A DNA stretch of 64,000 nt from Octopus sinensis (taxonomy: Eukaryota): contig NC_043012.1 of assembly GCF_006345805.1 (NCBI RefSeq), forward strand, positions 56,854,001-56,918,000, read 5' to 3'. The notes below the pieces were generated by a model that was not told the DNA's origin, did no database searches, and saw nothing but the letters and a program-made list of their open reading frames with translations. Below are positions 40,447-53,144 of this stretch, piece by piece; the first letter of the stretch is position 1; the number at the start of each line of letters is the position of its first letter. A program made the translations under genes and the position numbers.

Positions 40447-41354
40447 ACCCAAGTGGATTGCAAGAGGATTAAACCAGTCCTGTTGTTTAGCTCCAAACCC
40501 AATCTTGATTGGCCTGCCTTTTGATCAAAGGTTGTTTCAGTTGTGATCATTCTATAGGGTGGGCCAAAAGTCACGCACCACAACATTCGACATTTTCACT
40601 ATCATCAACATATGTCCATGTTCCATGCTAGCATGGGTGGAACGGTACCACAAGAGCTGGCTAGACCGAATCCTGCAACGTACTTCTGTGACTGTTTTGG
40701 CAGGATTTTTACAGCTGGATGCCCGTTCTAACACCAACCACTCAGCAGAGTGGACTTAGTGCTTTTTATGTGACACAAGCACAGGCGAGGTCAGTTTTGG
40801 CAAGGTTTTTACAGCTGGATGCCCTTCCAAACACCAAACATTTTACAGTGTGAATTGGGTGTTTTTAAGTGGCACCTGCACTGACATAATCACCAAGTAC
40901 TTTTATCTTACATTATTATTATTATTATTCGTGTTTTAATCTTGGTGTCTGACTTTTGGCCTACACTATTTTTTATTCAGTTATAGTGTTGATATAGAAC
41001 AATATCCAGTGTTTCATTTGTTAAGTGACAGCAATATGAGGGAGGGTGGTTGCTATTTTCCTCAAGTCAAGTAAGCACTTAGAATATGAGGAATATATCT
41101 TTTTTTAAATCTAAAAATAGTGTTTGTGACAGTAAAGTACTAGATTAGTTAGTGACTAAAGCCTTTCTCGGTTTGCTTCAGCCTGAAATTAAAGAAATAT
41201 GTAGGCGTGGCTGTGTGGTAAGAAGTTTGTTTCTTCAACGCATGGTTCTGGGTTCAGTCTCACTGTGTGACACCTTGGGCGTCTTCTATAGCTTTGGGCA
41301 GACCAAAGTGTTGAGTGGATTTTGGTTAATGAAAAGTGAAAGAAGCCCATCATA

Positions 41355-41570
41355 AAAAGCACCATCCGACCGTGGCTGTTTGCCAGCCCCGTCTGGCACG
41401 TAAAAAGCACCCACTACACTCACGGAGTGGTTGGCGTTAGGAAGGGCATCCAGCCGTAGAAACATTGCCTGATCAGACTGAGCCTGGTGCAGCCTTCTGG
41501 CTTCCCAGACCCCAGTTGAACCGTCTGACCCATGCTAGCATGGAAAGCGGATGCTAAATGATGATGATGA
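41355..41570 (+). mobile_element. Family C retroposon 3' end with (GAT)n tail (RTE-tail-like)
   Basis: GGCACGTAAAAAGCACC...GGAGTGGTTGGCGTTAGGAAGGGCATCCAG...CCATGCTAGCATGGAAA..GGA.GTTAAA.GATGATGAT; about 15 copies, e.g. near 18680, 25365, 32205, 39300, 40600, 41800, 55470, 57165, 57725, 59330 and 63520. Confidence 0.8.
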
Positions 41571-41908
41571 TATATATGTGTGTGTGTGTGTGTATTAAAG
41601 AGTACTCTTTATTAATATATTATTTACTCCAAACTATTTTTACTGTCCAGCGAAGAGTACACGGAATTACCCATCGGAAGAATTCATGGAGCAACTAACC
41701 AGTTGTGGTTACAGACATTAGATACTGATTGTTGTTGTTAACCATTAACTGGAACTATGGTATCTGCCCAGATAATATATCGCTCCAAACTCATATATAT
41801 CATCATCATCATTTAACGTTGCTTTCCATGCTGGCATGGGTTGGACAATTGTGACTGAGGGCTGGCGAACCAAGTGGCTGCACCAGGCTCCAATCTTGAT
41901 CTGGCAGA

Positions 41909-42046
41909 GTTTCTACAGCTGGATATATATATATATAGTTATATATATAGTTTCTACAGTTGGATATATATATAGTTATATATATAGTTTCTACAGTTGG
42001 ATATATATATAGTTATATATATAGTTTCTACAGTTGGATATATATA
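41909..42046. repeat. Nascent minisatellite, unit about 37 nt (GTTTCTACAGTTGGATATATATATAGTTATATATATA)
   Basis: 3-4 units derived from the family C motif GTTTCTACAGCTGGAT fused to (TA)n. Confidence 0.85.
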
Positions 42047-42084
42047 TACACACACACACAGCTGGATATATATATATATATATA

Positions 42085-42380
42085 TATAATTTTAATCCAA
42101 AAGGGAAACAAAAAACAACAACCAACAGGAACAATTACAGTATTATTATTAATAGGCGCGCAGGAGATGGAAGCAGGGAGGTATGACGTTTCGAGCGGAG
42201 CTCTTCGTCGGAAACATAAAGAAGGAAGAGAGAGGAAAGAAAGATCCCAGAGCGGGCAACAGGGGAAAGAGAAAAAAAGACGACTGGTGTTTACGAGTTG
42301 CACATGGTGTGAAAGGCGGATGTTGACGATAACAGAGCAAAGTGGGTTTTAAAGGCAAAAGAGTGGAGACAAGGTTGGTA
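42085..42380 (-). mobile_element. H4 module (putative Penelope-like fragment) next to (TA)n
   Basis: HHR-like motif on the minus strand; begins right after a (TA)n tract. Confidence 0.4.
42181..42217 (-). ncRNA. Degenerate hammerhead-like motif, family H4
   Basis: Minus strand: CCGACGA-A-GAGC-UCC-GCUC-GAAA-CG-UC; stem I poorly paired in this copy. Confidence 0.4.
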
Positions 42381-44585
42381 ACCCAACAGATGTGTGTGTA
42401 TGTGTGAGTGTGTGCATGTGCGTGGTGTATGTGTGTGTGTGAGGCGAGATGAAAAATCAAAAAAATATATGTGTGTGTAGTGTGTGCGTCTGTGTGTAGG
42501 CGTGTGAGGTAGGGCGAGACTAGTGGTCAGCTAGCAGACGAGGTCAGTACTAAGAAAAAGAAGGAAGGAGGAAGGGAGGTCAGTAGTAAGAAAAAGAAGG
42601 AAGGAGGAAGGGAGGGAGGGGAAGGGGTGGGGGGTGGCGTATGTAGCGTGCCAGCGTGTGTTGAGTAGTAGTGTGTGTGTGTGTGTGTCCAGTGTCGTGG
42701 TGGTATTAATGAGTAGATTGAATGTGTGTAAGAGTGATGTATATATATAGGCAAGGTGTGTATATGTGTGCGCGTGTGTGTAACGAAAAAGGGGGGGGTT
42801 AAGGTTAAGGAAAAAGGAACCAGCTGAGGGGAAGATGGAAGAGTGGTACCGCGGAGACAGGCGTGGGAAAACCCAACGACACGCGACGGTCCCAGGAACG
42901 GGCGGGAGGTCTCGTCAGGTCCAAGGGCGAGGTGTATGCGACGCGTATGCAACGCGAGCCGGCGTAAGTGCGTATGTGCGCGTGCTTGCGAGCTGCGAGT
43001 ATGCGCGTACGTATGTATGTATGTATGTGTCGTACGTATGTATGCGCGTACGTATGTATGTGCGATGAATGTATGTGAGTATGTGTGTATGTATGTGTGT
43101 GCATAGATGTATGTCCGTGTGTTGTGTGTATGTGTGTGAGTGTGTATGTATGTACGTGTGGGTGGGGGGAAGTGTGTGTATGTGCATGTGTGTGTGCGCG
43201 TACATACAGGTGTGTGAGTGAGTGTGTGTGTGTGTATGTATGTGTGAGTGTGTGTATGTATGTGTGTCGGATGCATGTATGTGTATGGGTGTATGTATGC
43301 GTGTGTGTATGTATGTATGTGTACGTGCGTGTGTGTGTGTGTATGCGTGTAGGTGTGCGCGTGTGCATGCATGCATGCATGCATGTGCGTATGTGTGTGT
43401 GTGTGTGCATGTGTGTGGGTATATATGTATGTGCGTATATGTGTGTGTATGTGCGTACAGTGTGTGTGTGTATGCATGTGTGTGTATGTAGGGTGTAGGC
43501 GTGTGTGTATAGGTGTATGTATGTAAGTATGTGTGGGTGTGTGTCCGTGTATGTGTGTGTATGTATGTGTGTGTATGTAGGTGTGTGGGCGTTGTGTATA
43601 TGTGTGTGTATGTAGGTGTGTGGGCGTGTGTATATAGGTGTATGTGTGTATGTCTGGGTGTGTCCGTGCATGTGTGTGTGTGTGTGTATGCATGTGTATG
43701 GGTGTGTGTGTGTACGTGTGTAATGTATGTGTGTGTGCGGTGTATGCGTGCGTGTGTGTATGTAGGTGCGTGTGTATGTGTGGGGAGTGTAGGTGTGTGT
43801 GTGCGTGTGCGTGTTTTTGTTGGTGTGTGCGTATGTGAGTGTGAGTGTATGGGTGGTTTGTCATGCATGTGTGTGGCGGGCAGGTGAGTTGTGTGTAAGT
43901 AGTGTGTGTGTATGTTTGTGTGAGTGTGTAAGTGTGTATGTCTTTGTGTATGTATGTGCGTATAGGAGTATGTGGTATGTGTGTATGTATGTATATGGGT
44001 GTATGTATGTATGGTGTGTGTGTGTGTGCATGTGTATAAGTATATGTGTGTGTGCGTATGTGTGTATATGTAGATGTGTGTGTGTTTATGTATGGTGTAG
44101 GTGTGTGTAGGCGGTGTGTGTGTAGATGTATGTATGTATGGGTGTGTGTCCGTGTGTGTTGTGTGTGTGTAGGTAGATGTGTGTGTCTGAGTGAGGGTAT
44201 GGCTGTGTAGGTGTGTGTGTGTATGAATGTAAGTGTGTGTGTATACAAGTGTAATGTATGTATGTAGGTGTGTTGTGTGTGTGTATGTGTACGTGTGCGT
44301 GTGGTGGTGGTGTGTGTGTATGAGTGTGAGTGTAGGGTGTGTATGTCTGTGTTGTGTATGTCTGAAGTAGGTATGTATGTGTATGTATGTATGTGTGTGT
44401 GTGTGTGCAGGTATGTGTGTGTATGTGTGTGTGTGAGTAGGTGTGCGTGTATGTATGTGGGTAGGGATGCATGCGAGTGTGTGGGTATGTATGCATACAT
44501 ACGTACGCGCACATCCGAAGCAAGCCCACACGCACAAAGCGCGCTCACGCACACATATATATATATGTGTGTGTGTGTGTGTGTA
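42380..44585. repeat. 2.2-kb irregular GT-rich low-complexity block
   Basis: Strongly G/T-biased degenerate (GT)/(GTAT) repeats; source of the 688-, 545- and 288-aa His/Thr ORFs. Confidence 0.93.
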
Positions 44586-45437
44586 TCAGTCATTGTCTTG
44601 TGTTTGCACCCCTGTAATTCAGTGGTTTGGCAAAAAAAAAAAACAAAAAAATTGATAGAATAAGTAGCAGGCTTTACAAAAATAGGTACTAAAATTCTTC
44701 AAGGTGGTGTCCCAGCATGGCCACAGTCTAATGACTGAAACAAGTGAATGGTAAATGATAAAAATACTCTAGAAATATCCTTTTATTTTCTGATTGAGAA
44801 AGATTTCATATTTCTCCATTTCTTTTTGTTTCTTCTTTCGCTAGCTTTCTTTAATACTTCTCAATTGTTTTGCGGTTAGTCTGTTGTATTCGTTGATACA
44901 GACTGCCACTCGCCTTATTGCAAATCTACTGATTATAATTTGGTTTTCTCATGCTCTCTGACTCACAAATTTCCACTCCTATTTTGCGTCGAGTTGCTGT
45001 AGAACATTTCTGCACCAAATTCCAAATCTGTAAAAACAGTCGTATCTGTTCTTGCATACAGGAATTTGACTAGGGCAATGACACTCCACTCCTAGATCTT
45101 ATAAAACCTAGTTTCTTATACAGAATTAACTTGCATATATTTTCACACTCATTTTCAACCAACGCATCATTCTTCAACTTCAAAAGATATTAATTACATT
45201 TAAAACAAAATTAAAGGATGTTTAAAGAAAAAAATTCAATTTTATAAGTCGACAGTAGAGGTTTGTTCATTTACTGTCTGATAAAGTCACTTGACTCTGT
45301 TCTCCTTTCTCGTGACCCCTAAACTTTTTTCACAGTTATTGTTAAAAAGCTAACTTTTCTGAATAAATCGATTACTAATGTTGTCTAAGACATAAAAAAG
45401 AAAAAGGTTTTTCTGGCCATTAATTAAAAAGGATTAC

Positions 45438-45838
45438 TCTTTTACTTGTTTCAGTCATTCGGCTGCGGCCATGCTGGAGCACTGCCTTAAAGGGTTTTGG
45501 TTGAATAAATCGACCTCAGGACTTATTCTTTTGTAAGCCTAGTACTTATTCCTGTCAGTCTCTTTTTTGCTCAATTGCTAAGTTATGGGGACATAAACAC
45601 ACCAGCATCAGTTGTCACGTGATGGTGGGGGGACAAACACAGATACAAAGACACACAGACACACATATGTATATATATATGATGGGCTTCTTTCAGTTTC
45701 CATCTACCAAATCCCCTCACAAGGCTTTGATTGGCCTGAGACTATAGTAGAAGACACTTGCCCCAGGTACCATGCAGTAGGACTGAACCTGGAACCAAGT
45801 GGTTGAGAAGCAAGCTTCTTACCACACAGCCATGCCTA
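45438..45838 (-). mobile_element. Family A SINE (a + strand copy follows at about 45860-46160)
   Basis: Collinear match. Confidence 0.85.
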
Positions 45839-46369
45839 TTCATTTTTATTTTATTTTTCCTTCATATAAAGTGCAGGTACCAACTGTGTAGTTAAGCTTG
45901 GGCAAGTATCCTCTGCTATAGTTCTGTAAGTGAATTTGGTCAACTGAAACAGTGTGAAAGCCCATTTTATGTTTGTATTTGTATTGATAACCAGTGTTGG
46001 TTTGTTTACATCCATGTAGTTTATCAGTTCAACTAAAACGATCAATAGAAAAAAGTATCAGGCTTAGAGAATAAGTACTGGGGTCAATTTTGACTAAATC
46101 CTTCAAGGCAGTGCTCCAGCATGGTTGTGGTTCAATGACTGAAACAAGTTTAAGATAAGAGAGGATCATGGATATAAGTGTGGTGAGCTGAGAAAAATGC
46201 TAGAAAGTGGTGTGTTAGATGTATGGTGGCATTTAGTTGTTTAACTCTGGGTCATCTCTGGAGAAGCAGATAAACTATGATCTTAAAGTATTCAGGCTAT
46301 CAGCATCCTGTCTTTTTAGAGATATCATCTAAGGCTACAATATCTAATGTCTTCTTACCTTTTATAAGA

Positions 46370-46570
46370 TGGTAGGGCGAAATGCGTATTTCGTCTGCTG
46401 TTACGTTCTGAGTTCAAATTCCGCCGAGGACAACTTTGCCTTTCATCCTTTCGGGGTTGATTAAATAAGTACCAGTTACGCACTGGGGTCGATATAATCG
46501 ACTTAATCCGTTTGTCTGTCCTTGTTTGTCCTCTCTGTGTTTAGCCCCTTGTGGGTAGTAAAGAAATAGG
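46370..46570 (+). mobile_element. Family B SINE, 5'-truncated young copy
   Basis: Near-identical to 17105-17312. Confidence 0.8.
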
Positions 46571-48979
46571 TAGGTGTGATTTGAGTGAAACATAGCTGCT
46601 ATTTCTATGTGGATGATTATGGCTGTACCTTTTGTCATAGATCTGCTGATAAAAAAAACAAAAACAAAATATGCTTATTATTAGTTTAAAAAAACTGGTC
46701 TCTTCCAAAGAGAATCATTTGAGAAATACCATTACTTGTTTCAATATTTATAATGATAGTAAAACTTGGAAAAATAAAACAGTAATTATGAAACCCTTAT
46801 AGGACGAATGGGCTGATCTCTTCTAGATTAAATATTCTTTCTTTTGTCTGTTATGATTTAGATTTTTTTTTTTGAATTTTTACAAAATTTTAAATAATGT
46901 CCTTATTTTTCATGTTTTGTAAAAAATAGTCCCATTTTCTTTATTGTGGAAGCATCAGTGGCTTAGCCTTTGAAGAGTTAAATGAGTTAAAAGAAAATAG
47001 TACAATTTGCATTTGCTAATTAAAATGGAACGAAGGCCTGATGCAAAACATCACATAACTGAATGTAGAGTTAAAGAAATTTATTCAATATTTTTGTTTT
47101 AAATAGTCCATAAGTGTGAAGTGACAGTTATGATTGAAACTTTTATGATACTTTTTTCTTTTTTTGCTTATATTAATTTAAATAACAAAACTCTGTAGTC
47201 CTATGAGTCTCTCTGTGGTTACTTGCCCTGTTAGAAGAGGTAGCCAAAACCCCATCTTAAATGAGGGAAATACGTGTTAGATAATATGCTTCTACATGTC
47301 CCTGGAAAAGTGGGGATGTTTAGCAGAAATGCTTTTGATGACAGGTCTGCTCAGAGATGGCTTGGGTCTTAACAATCTTTTATATAAACTTATGAAATGT
47401 TACTAATATTAAAGCCAAGTTGATTTCATGATATAAAATAATTGAATAATAAATTTTATTATGCTAGCAATTTATAAGTAAAACCAATTTTAAAACCTGC
47501 CATTGGTTTAGATTAAAAATCTAGAGTTACAGAGAGAAAGTATTCCAAGTTCAAGAGAAATGTATGTAGCCTACCAACTCACTATTATCACTAAGAATTA
47601 CTATAAAGTGATTGCTACAAAGTAATCAGCTGACACAGTTCTAGATAATTTCAATGAACTGTCTGTTGATAACCTGAACCATGTGTTTGACATTTGCTAC
47701 ATTAATAAAGGTCAGCTGTTGCTGAGTAACTCTACTTAGGCCTGCTTCAGCAGATCTATGGAGATGGTCTTAAACTTAATGTTTGATGTAAGTGATAATT
47801 TTCTTGTTCTAATTAGCTGAAATGACCTCTCCCTCTCTCTGTCGCTTATCACTATTTGTGTATGTATCTCTTTCTTTGTAAATGTTGCCTGAGTTTCAAG
47901 AAGCTTATAAAAGCCTGTCCTTATGCATGGCTTTACTTTTGCAAGTGTTAAAGCAGATAAGCGATACATTTCGTATTGGCTAGGACGTCGTGTTATAATC
48001 ACAGGTAACATCCCTGCGTCTAGGTAAACTAGGCTGTATCAAATTAAAAGGACTTTCTCAAATAAAATAAATGACAAAGCACATTCAGAGAATTTGAACT
48101 TGAAACTTTTGTGTTGGTAGTTCTTATCCAATTTGTGTGTGTGTGTGTGTGTGTGTGTGTGGTAACTCTCTCTCTCTCTCTCCTCTCTCTCTCTACATAA
48201 ATTGATGGTAGTATCTAGAGAGATAGAGAGAGAGAGGATGGAATGTTGTTTCATATTAATTAAAACAATTATCACACTTATTTAAAAAAAAAAAAAACTT
48301 TCCGTTCAACGTTTTTTTGTATGAGAAACATGGAATTTTATATTTCATCATTTCTTTGTATACATTTTTTTTTTTTTTTTTTGCTGCATATTTCAATAAA
48401 ATAACCCATTTAATAATACAAGGCATCAGACAGCGTATAATAGCAGTCATAGAAAATATGTAGCATGCTTCAAAATATTTTTGGCAGCTTGCTGAAAAAT
48501 TCAATACAACATGACCGCAATGCATAAGCGCAAAAAAGATAAATGCTTGAATGTTGTTTGGTTGTATGCTGTCCTATAAATACGTATTTTTAGCCTCTTC
48601 TTTCATTGCTTAACAGAAAACAAAACAGTATTTTCCAATAAGCAAAACTGATATGAAAGTTTTAAAAACAGAAGATTAACAAAAGATTTCGAATGAGATA
48701 TGTTTAAAATTTAGGAAAGAAGACAAATTAAAAAAATTTTAAAGTAGCAGCGAAATAGTAGCAGTATTGTGTATATTTAGATACGGCTTAATTTTTTTTC
48801 TGTTGTGAGAGAAAAAAAAAAATCATGTCAAATGTTAGCAATTTTCTTAACCCTATAATTCTGAGAAAGTCTGTTTTATTAATATTTTTTCCGCAAAGAG
48901 TAGTCAGAGACTAGAAAATAGAATTGAAAAGGAAACTTAACAGCCTGCATTAAATTACAATCAGTAAACAACATACAAG

Positions 48980-49044
48980 TGACACACACACACACGCATT
49001 TAGACTGTATGAATATATGTATATATGTGTGTGTGCGTGCATGC

Positions 49045-49098
<54 letters not shown>

Positions 49099-49900
49099 AT
49101 ATATATATGTGTGTGTGTGTGTATATATATGTGTGTGTGTGTGTGTATATATATACGTGTGTGTGTGTGTGTATATATATATATGTGTTGTGTGTATATA
49201 TATATATATGTGTGTGTGTGTGTCTATATATATATATACGTGTGTGTGTGGTGTATATATATATATATTATATATATATATATGTGTGTGTGTGTGTATA
49301 TATATATATGTGTGGTGTGTATATATTATATGTGTGTGTGTGTGTGTATATATAATATATACGTGTGTGTGTGTGTTGTATATATATATATATACGTGTG
49401 TGTGTGTGTATATATATTATATATATGTGTGTGTGTATATATATATATATATGTGTGTGTGTTATATGTGTGTGTGTGTATATTATATATATATATATAG
49501 TGTGTGTGTATATATATAATGTGTGTGTGTGTATATATATATGTGTGTGTGGTATATATAATATATATATATATGTGTGTGTATATATATATATGTGTGT
49601 GTATATATATATAATGTGTGTGTGTATAATATATATATGTGTGTGTGTATATATATATAATGTGTGTGTGTATATTATATATGTGTGTGTGTGTGTATAT
49701 ATTATATGTGTGTGTGTGTTATATATATATGTGTTGTGTGTATATAATATATATGTGTGTGTGTGTGTATATATATATTGTGTGTGTGTGTATATATATG
49801 TGTGTGTGTGTGTGTATATATATATGTGTGTGTGTGTGTATATATATATATATGTGTGTGTGTGTATATATATATATGTGTGTGTGTATATATATATATA
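48980..49900. repeat. Compound (TA)n/(TG)n microsatellite
   Basis: Direct inspection. Confidence 0.97.
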
Positions 49901-50250
49901 CAGTGTACATTTAAACACATGAGAGATGGCCATAACAGGACATCTGACTCACTAGAAAGAGTAGGTAAACTCTAAACCACTATTATTTTGAAAGGGAATG
50001 AAAAATAAAAACATTTACCCTCTATTTCCTGTACCATGCATAGTTTTAAGCAATCTTTAATAAATAACTCTTTCTAGCGAGTCAGATGTCCTGTTATGGC
50101 CATCTCTTATGTGTTTAAATGTACACTGTATTTTTATATGAATAATATATAGTCTGTTGACTAATTTTTTCTTCTCCCTAGACCACTGGTAGCAAAGAAT
50201 TTTTCTAAATTTTTTTGCTACCCTGAAATTTATTAATTAATGATATATTT
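49898..50250. repeat. Fold-back family F copy 3: 65-bp arms (49898-49962 / 50067-50131) plus tail
   Basis: 2 mismatches in 65; 104-nt spacer; follows a 0.9-kb TA/TG tract. Confidence 0.88.
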
Positions 50251-50480
50251 ATACACACACATGCACACACACACTCATCTCATACATACATATATGCGTG
50301 TGTATAGGAAAGAAGAAACATTAAAAAATAGCAGTATAATATATATTTAGATACTTTCTTTTTCTGTTATGAGACTGAAATGTGTGTGTGTAGGTGCTTT
50401 GTGAATCATGTTAAATATTCACAAAAATCAGCTATAACAACTCAATATAAAGCATTTTATGTATTTTCTTTAATACATTG

Positions 50481-50723
50481 CACTAGCATACAAGAAAGTG
50501 TGTGTGTATGTATGTATGTATGTATATATATGTGTGTGTATGTATGTATATATGTGTATGTATGTATATATGTGTGTGTGTATGTATATGTGTGTGTATG
50601 TATGTGTGTGTGGGTGTGTATGTATATATATATATATGTGTGTGTGTATGTATGTATATATATGTGTGTGTGTGTGTGTATGTATGTATATATGTGTGTG
50701 TGTGGTGTGTGTATGTATGTATA

Positions 50724-50754
<31 letters not shown>

Positions 50755-50848
50755 TATGTATGTATATATGTTGTGTGTGTGTGTATTTATGTATATATGT
50801 GTGCATGTATGTATATATGTGTGTGTGGGTGTGTATGTATATATATAT

Positions 50849-50895
<47 letters not shown>

Positions 50896-50905
50896 GTGTG
50901 TGTGT
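50481..50905. repeat. Compound (TG)/(TATG)/(TA) microsatellite
   Basis: Direct inspection. Confidence 0.97.
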
Positions 50906-51384
50906 TTGCGAAATGTCATCTCTGCTCTATATAATGCAGTGGAAAAAAAAAAAACTCATTCATTATGGCTTATGATTTTTCAAAAGTTTAATCAATCAAA
51001 CTTAGTCAAATTATATTTATTTTTGTTTTTCTGTATATTTCAGTTTAATTGCATTTTACTCTTGTTTTATTCTCTATAGAGATAGATTTGATTGCATTTA
51101 TATTAATTCCTCTAATTATAATTTTCTTTATTTCTTTTTCTGTGCGAAAGTCAATGAAAGATTGGTTGTTGTTTACATTAAGTTAGATATTATAATGTGC
51201 GACCTATAAAGATCAATCAAGCATAAGATTTAAAACTGGTCTGTTAGACTCTCTCTCTATACATACACACTTCATTTGTGCTCAGCAAAGAAACATTAAA
51301 CTTTAAATAAAGTCTCACTCAGCAGTTATGGTGTGTTTTATTCAGATTATGTACCTTAGACTGCATTATCCAATGTCTTTCTCT

Positions 51385-51661
51385 TTTAACTTGTTTCAGT
51401 CATGTGACTGTGGCCATGCTGGAGCACCGCCTTTAGTCGAGCAAATCAACCCCGGGACTTGTTCTTTGTAAGTTTAGTACTTATTCTATCGGTCTCTTTT
51501 GCCGAACCGCTAAGTTACAGGAACGTAAATACACCAGCATCGGTTGTCAAGCAATGTTGGGGGGGGGGACAAACATACACACACACACACACACATACAT
51601 ATATCATCATTCATCATCATCATCATCGTTTAACGTCCGTTGTCCATGCTAGCATGGGTTG

Positions 51662-51692
<31 letters not shown>

Positions 51693-51860
51693 TATATACG
51701 ATGGGCTTTTTTTCAGTTTCTCTCTACTAAATCCACTCAAGGCTTTGGTCGGCCCGAGGCTATAGTAGAAGACACTTGCCCAAGGTGCCATGCAGTAGGA
51801 CTGAACCCAAAGCCATGTGGTTCGTAAGCAAACTACTTACCATACAGCCACTCCTATGCC
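51385..51860 (-). mobile_element. Family A SINE with a short family C tail inserted in its microsatellite
   Basis: Collinear match; catcatc...tttaacgtcc...catgctagcatggg insert near 51605-51660. Confidence 0.85.
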
Positions 51861-52479
51861 TTTGTCCAAAGTATTTTCATAAATCTGTCCTAAATGCCTA
51901 AGCTTGTTTTCAGTCTTTTAGATAAGCCCTCGTTTCATATGTTTGGAGTAATATAAAAACTTTCCTTTCATTAGTACCAAGTTATTCTGGTAGCTGAAAA
52001 AAAGAAAAGAAAAAAAAAAATGAAAATGGCAACGTGCATCATGTATGATACACAGACACAAGAGAAATATGTCCTGTGTATCATATGTGATATGCAGTTT
52101 AGATAGTTAAGATAGTAGGGTGTTATATGAGGGGCATTTAGTTGCTATGTCTAGCAGTTTAAGTCATCCTATAGAACCTATAAGATTTGATTGTTACATT
52201 TGGTAGTTTAATTAGTACAATCTCTATCACTGGATTGACATCTTTGTCATTTAAAGTCTTGATAGTGTTTTATAATATTAGGATATGGTGAAATTAGAAA
52301 ATGTTCTAATTTATTTTCTTTGTGGTGAAACAGCATTTGTGTGTGCTGTGTTTCTTTACAAAATAACCAAGTGTAATTAACAGTGTCTCAAACATATCTC
52401 GTTACGAATTTCATTAATGTTTATTTACCTTTATGCTATTCATCATTATGACATTGTGTTATTCATGTTGGGAAAATAA

Positions 52480-52900
52480 TGGTAATATTGGTTTCAAATG
52501 TTGGCACTAGGCCAGCAAGTTATGGGGTGAGGTTTAGTTGATTACATCGACCCTGTTGTTCTTCTGGGACTTTTATCATCCCTGAAAGGCAGAGTCAACC
52601 TTGGTGGAATTTACGGAATCTAACGATGGATGAGATGCTGCTAAGAATTTTGCCCGGTGTGCTAATGATTCTGTCTGCACCACCTTAATGATAATATTCT
52701 TTTCTACTCGAAATTTTTGGGAAGGGGGGGGGCAGTCGATTAGGTCGACCCCAGTATGCAACTGGTACATAATTTATTGACCCTGAAAGGTTGAAAGGCA
52801 AAGTCGACCTCGGCAGAATTTGAGCTCAGAATGTGAAGATGAATGAAATGCTGCCAAGAATTTTTCTCGGTGTGCTAACGTTTCTGCCAGCTTGCCGCCT
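52480..52900 (-). mobile_element. Two adjacent family B SINE copies
   Basis: Reverse complement of the family B head and body, twice. Confidence 0.7.
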
Positions 52901-52912
52901 TGTGATAATATT

Positions 52913-53144
52913 GATATGGCATAGTGGTTAAGAGCACTGGCTACTAACCCCAAGATTCCGAGTTCGATTCCAGGCAATGACCTGAATAATAATAATAATA
53001 ATGATATCGAAATAATACCTTAGGAATAACCCAGGTTCGAAATTTCCCCAAGACACCTGATAAAGGCTGGAGGGTATATCAGCCGAAACGTTGTGCTAGC
53101 AACAAACAAGATGAGGACAAATATGTAAATAATGTAATGGTTAA
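52913..53144 (+). mobile_element. tRNA-headed SINE-like element carrying HHR family H3
   Basis: A-box TGGCATAGTGG (52917-52927), B-box GAGTTCGATTCC (52960-52971), (AAT)n linker, HHR body; possible 10-bp direct repeat TGATAATATT at 52903-52912 / 53145-53154. Confidence 0.65.
53052..53097 (+). ncRNA. Minimal hammerhead motif, family H3, inside a tRNA-headed SINE
   Basis: GACAC / CUGAUAA (G8A) plus A / GGCUG-(10 nt)-CAGCC / GAAA-CG-UU / GUGCU. Confidence 0.55.

Noticed and set aside
42527-44593. 688-, 545- and 288-aa His/Thr-rich minus-strand ORFs and Val/Cys-rich plus-strand ORFs
   Set aside because: They are translations of degenerate (GT)n/(CA)n sequence, which lacks stop codons by composition; no domain or splice support.
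52913-52975. tRNA gene (likewise heads at 21509, 23138 and 6597)
   Set aside because: A/B boxes are present but there is no complete cloverleaf, and each continues into a repeat body; these are SINE heads.
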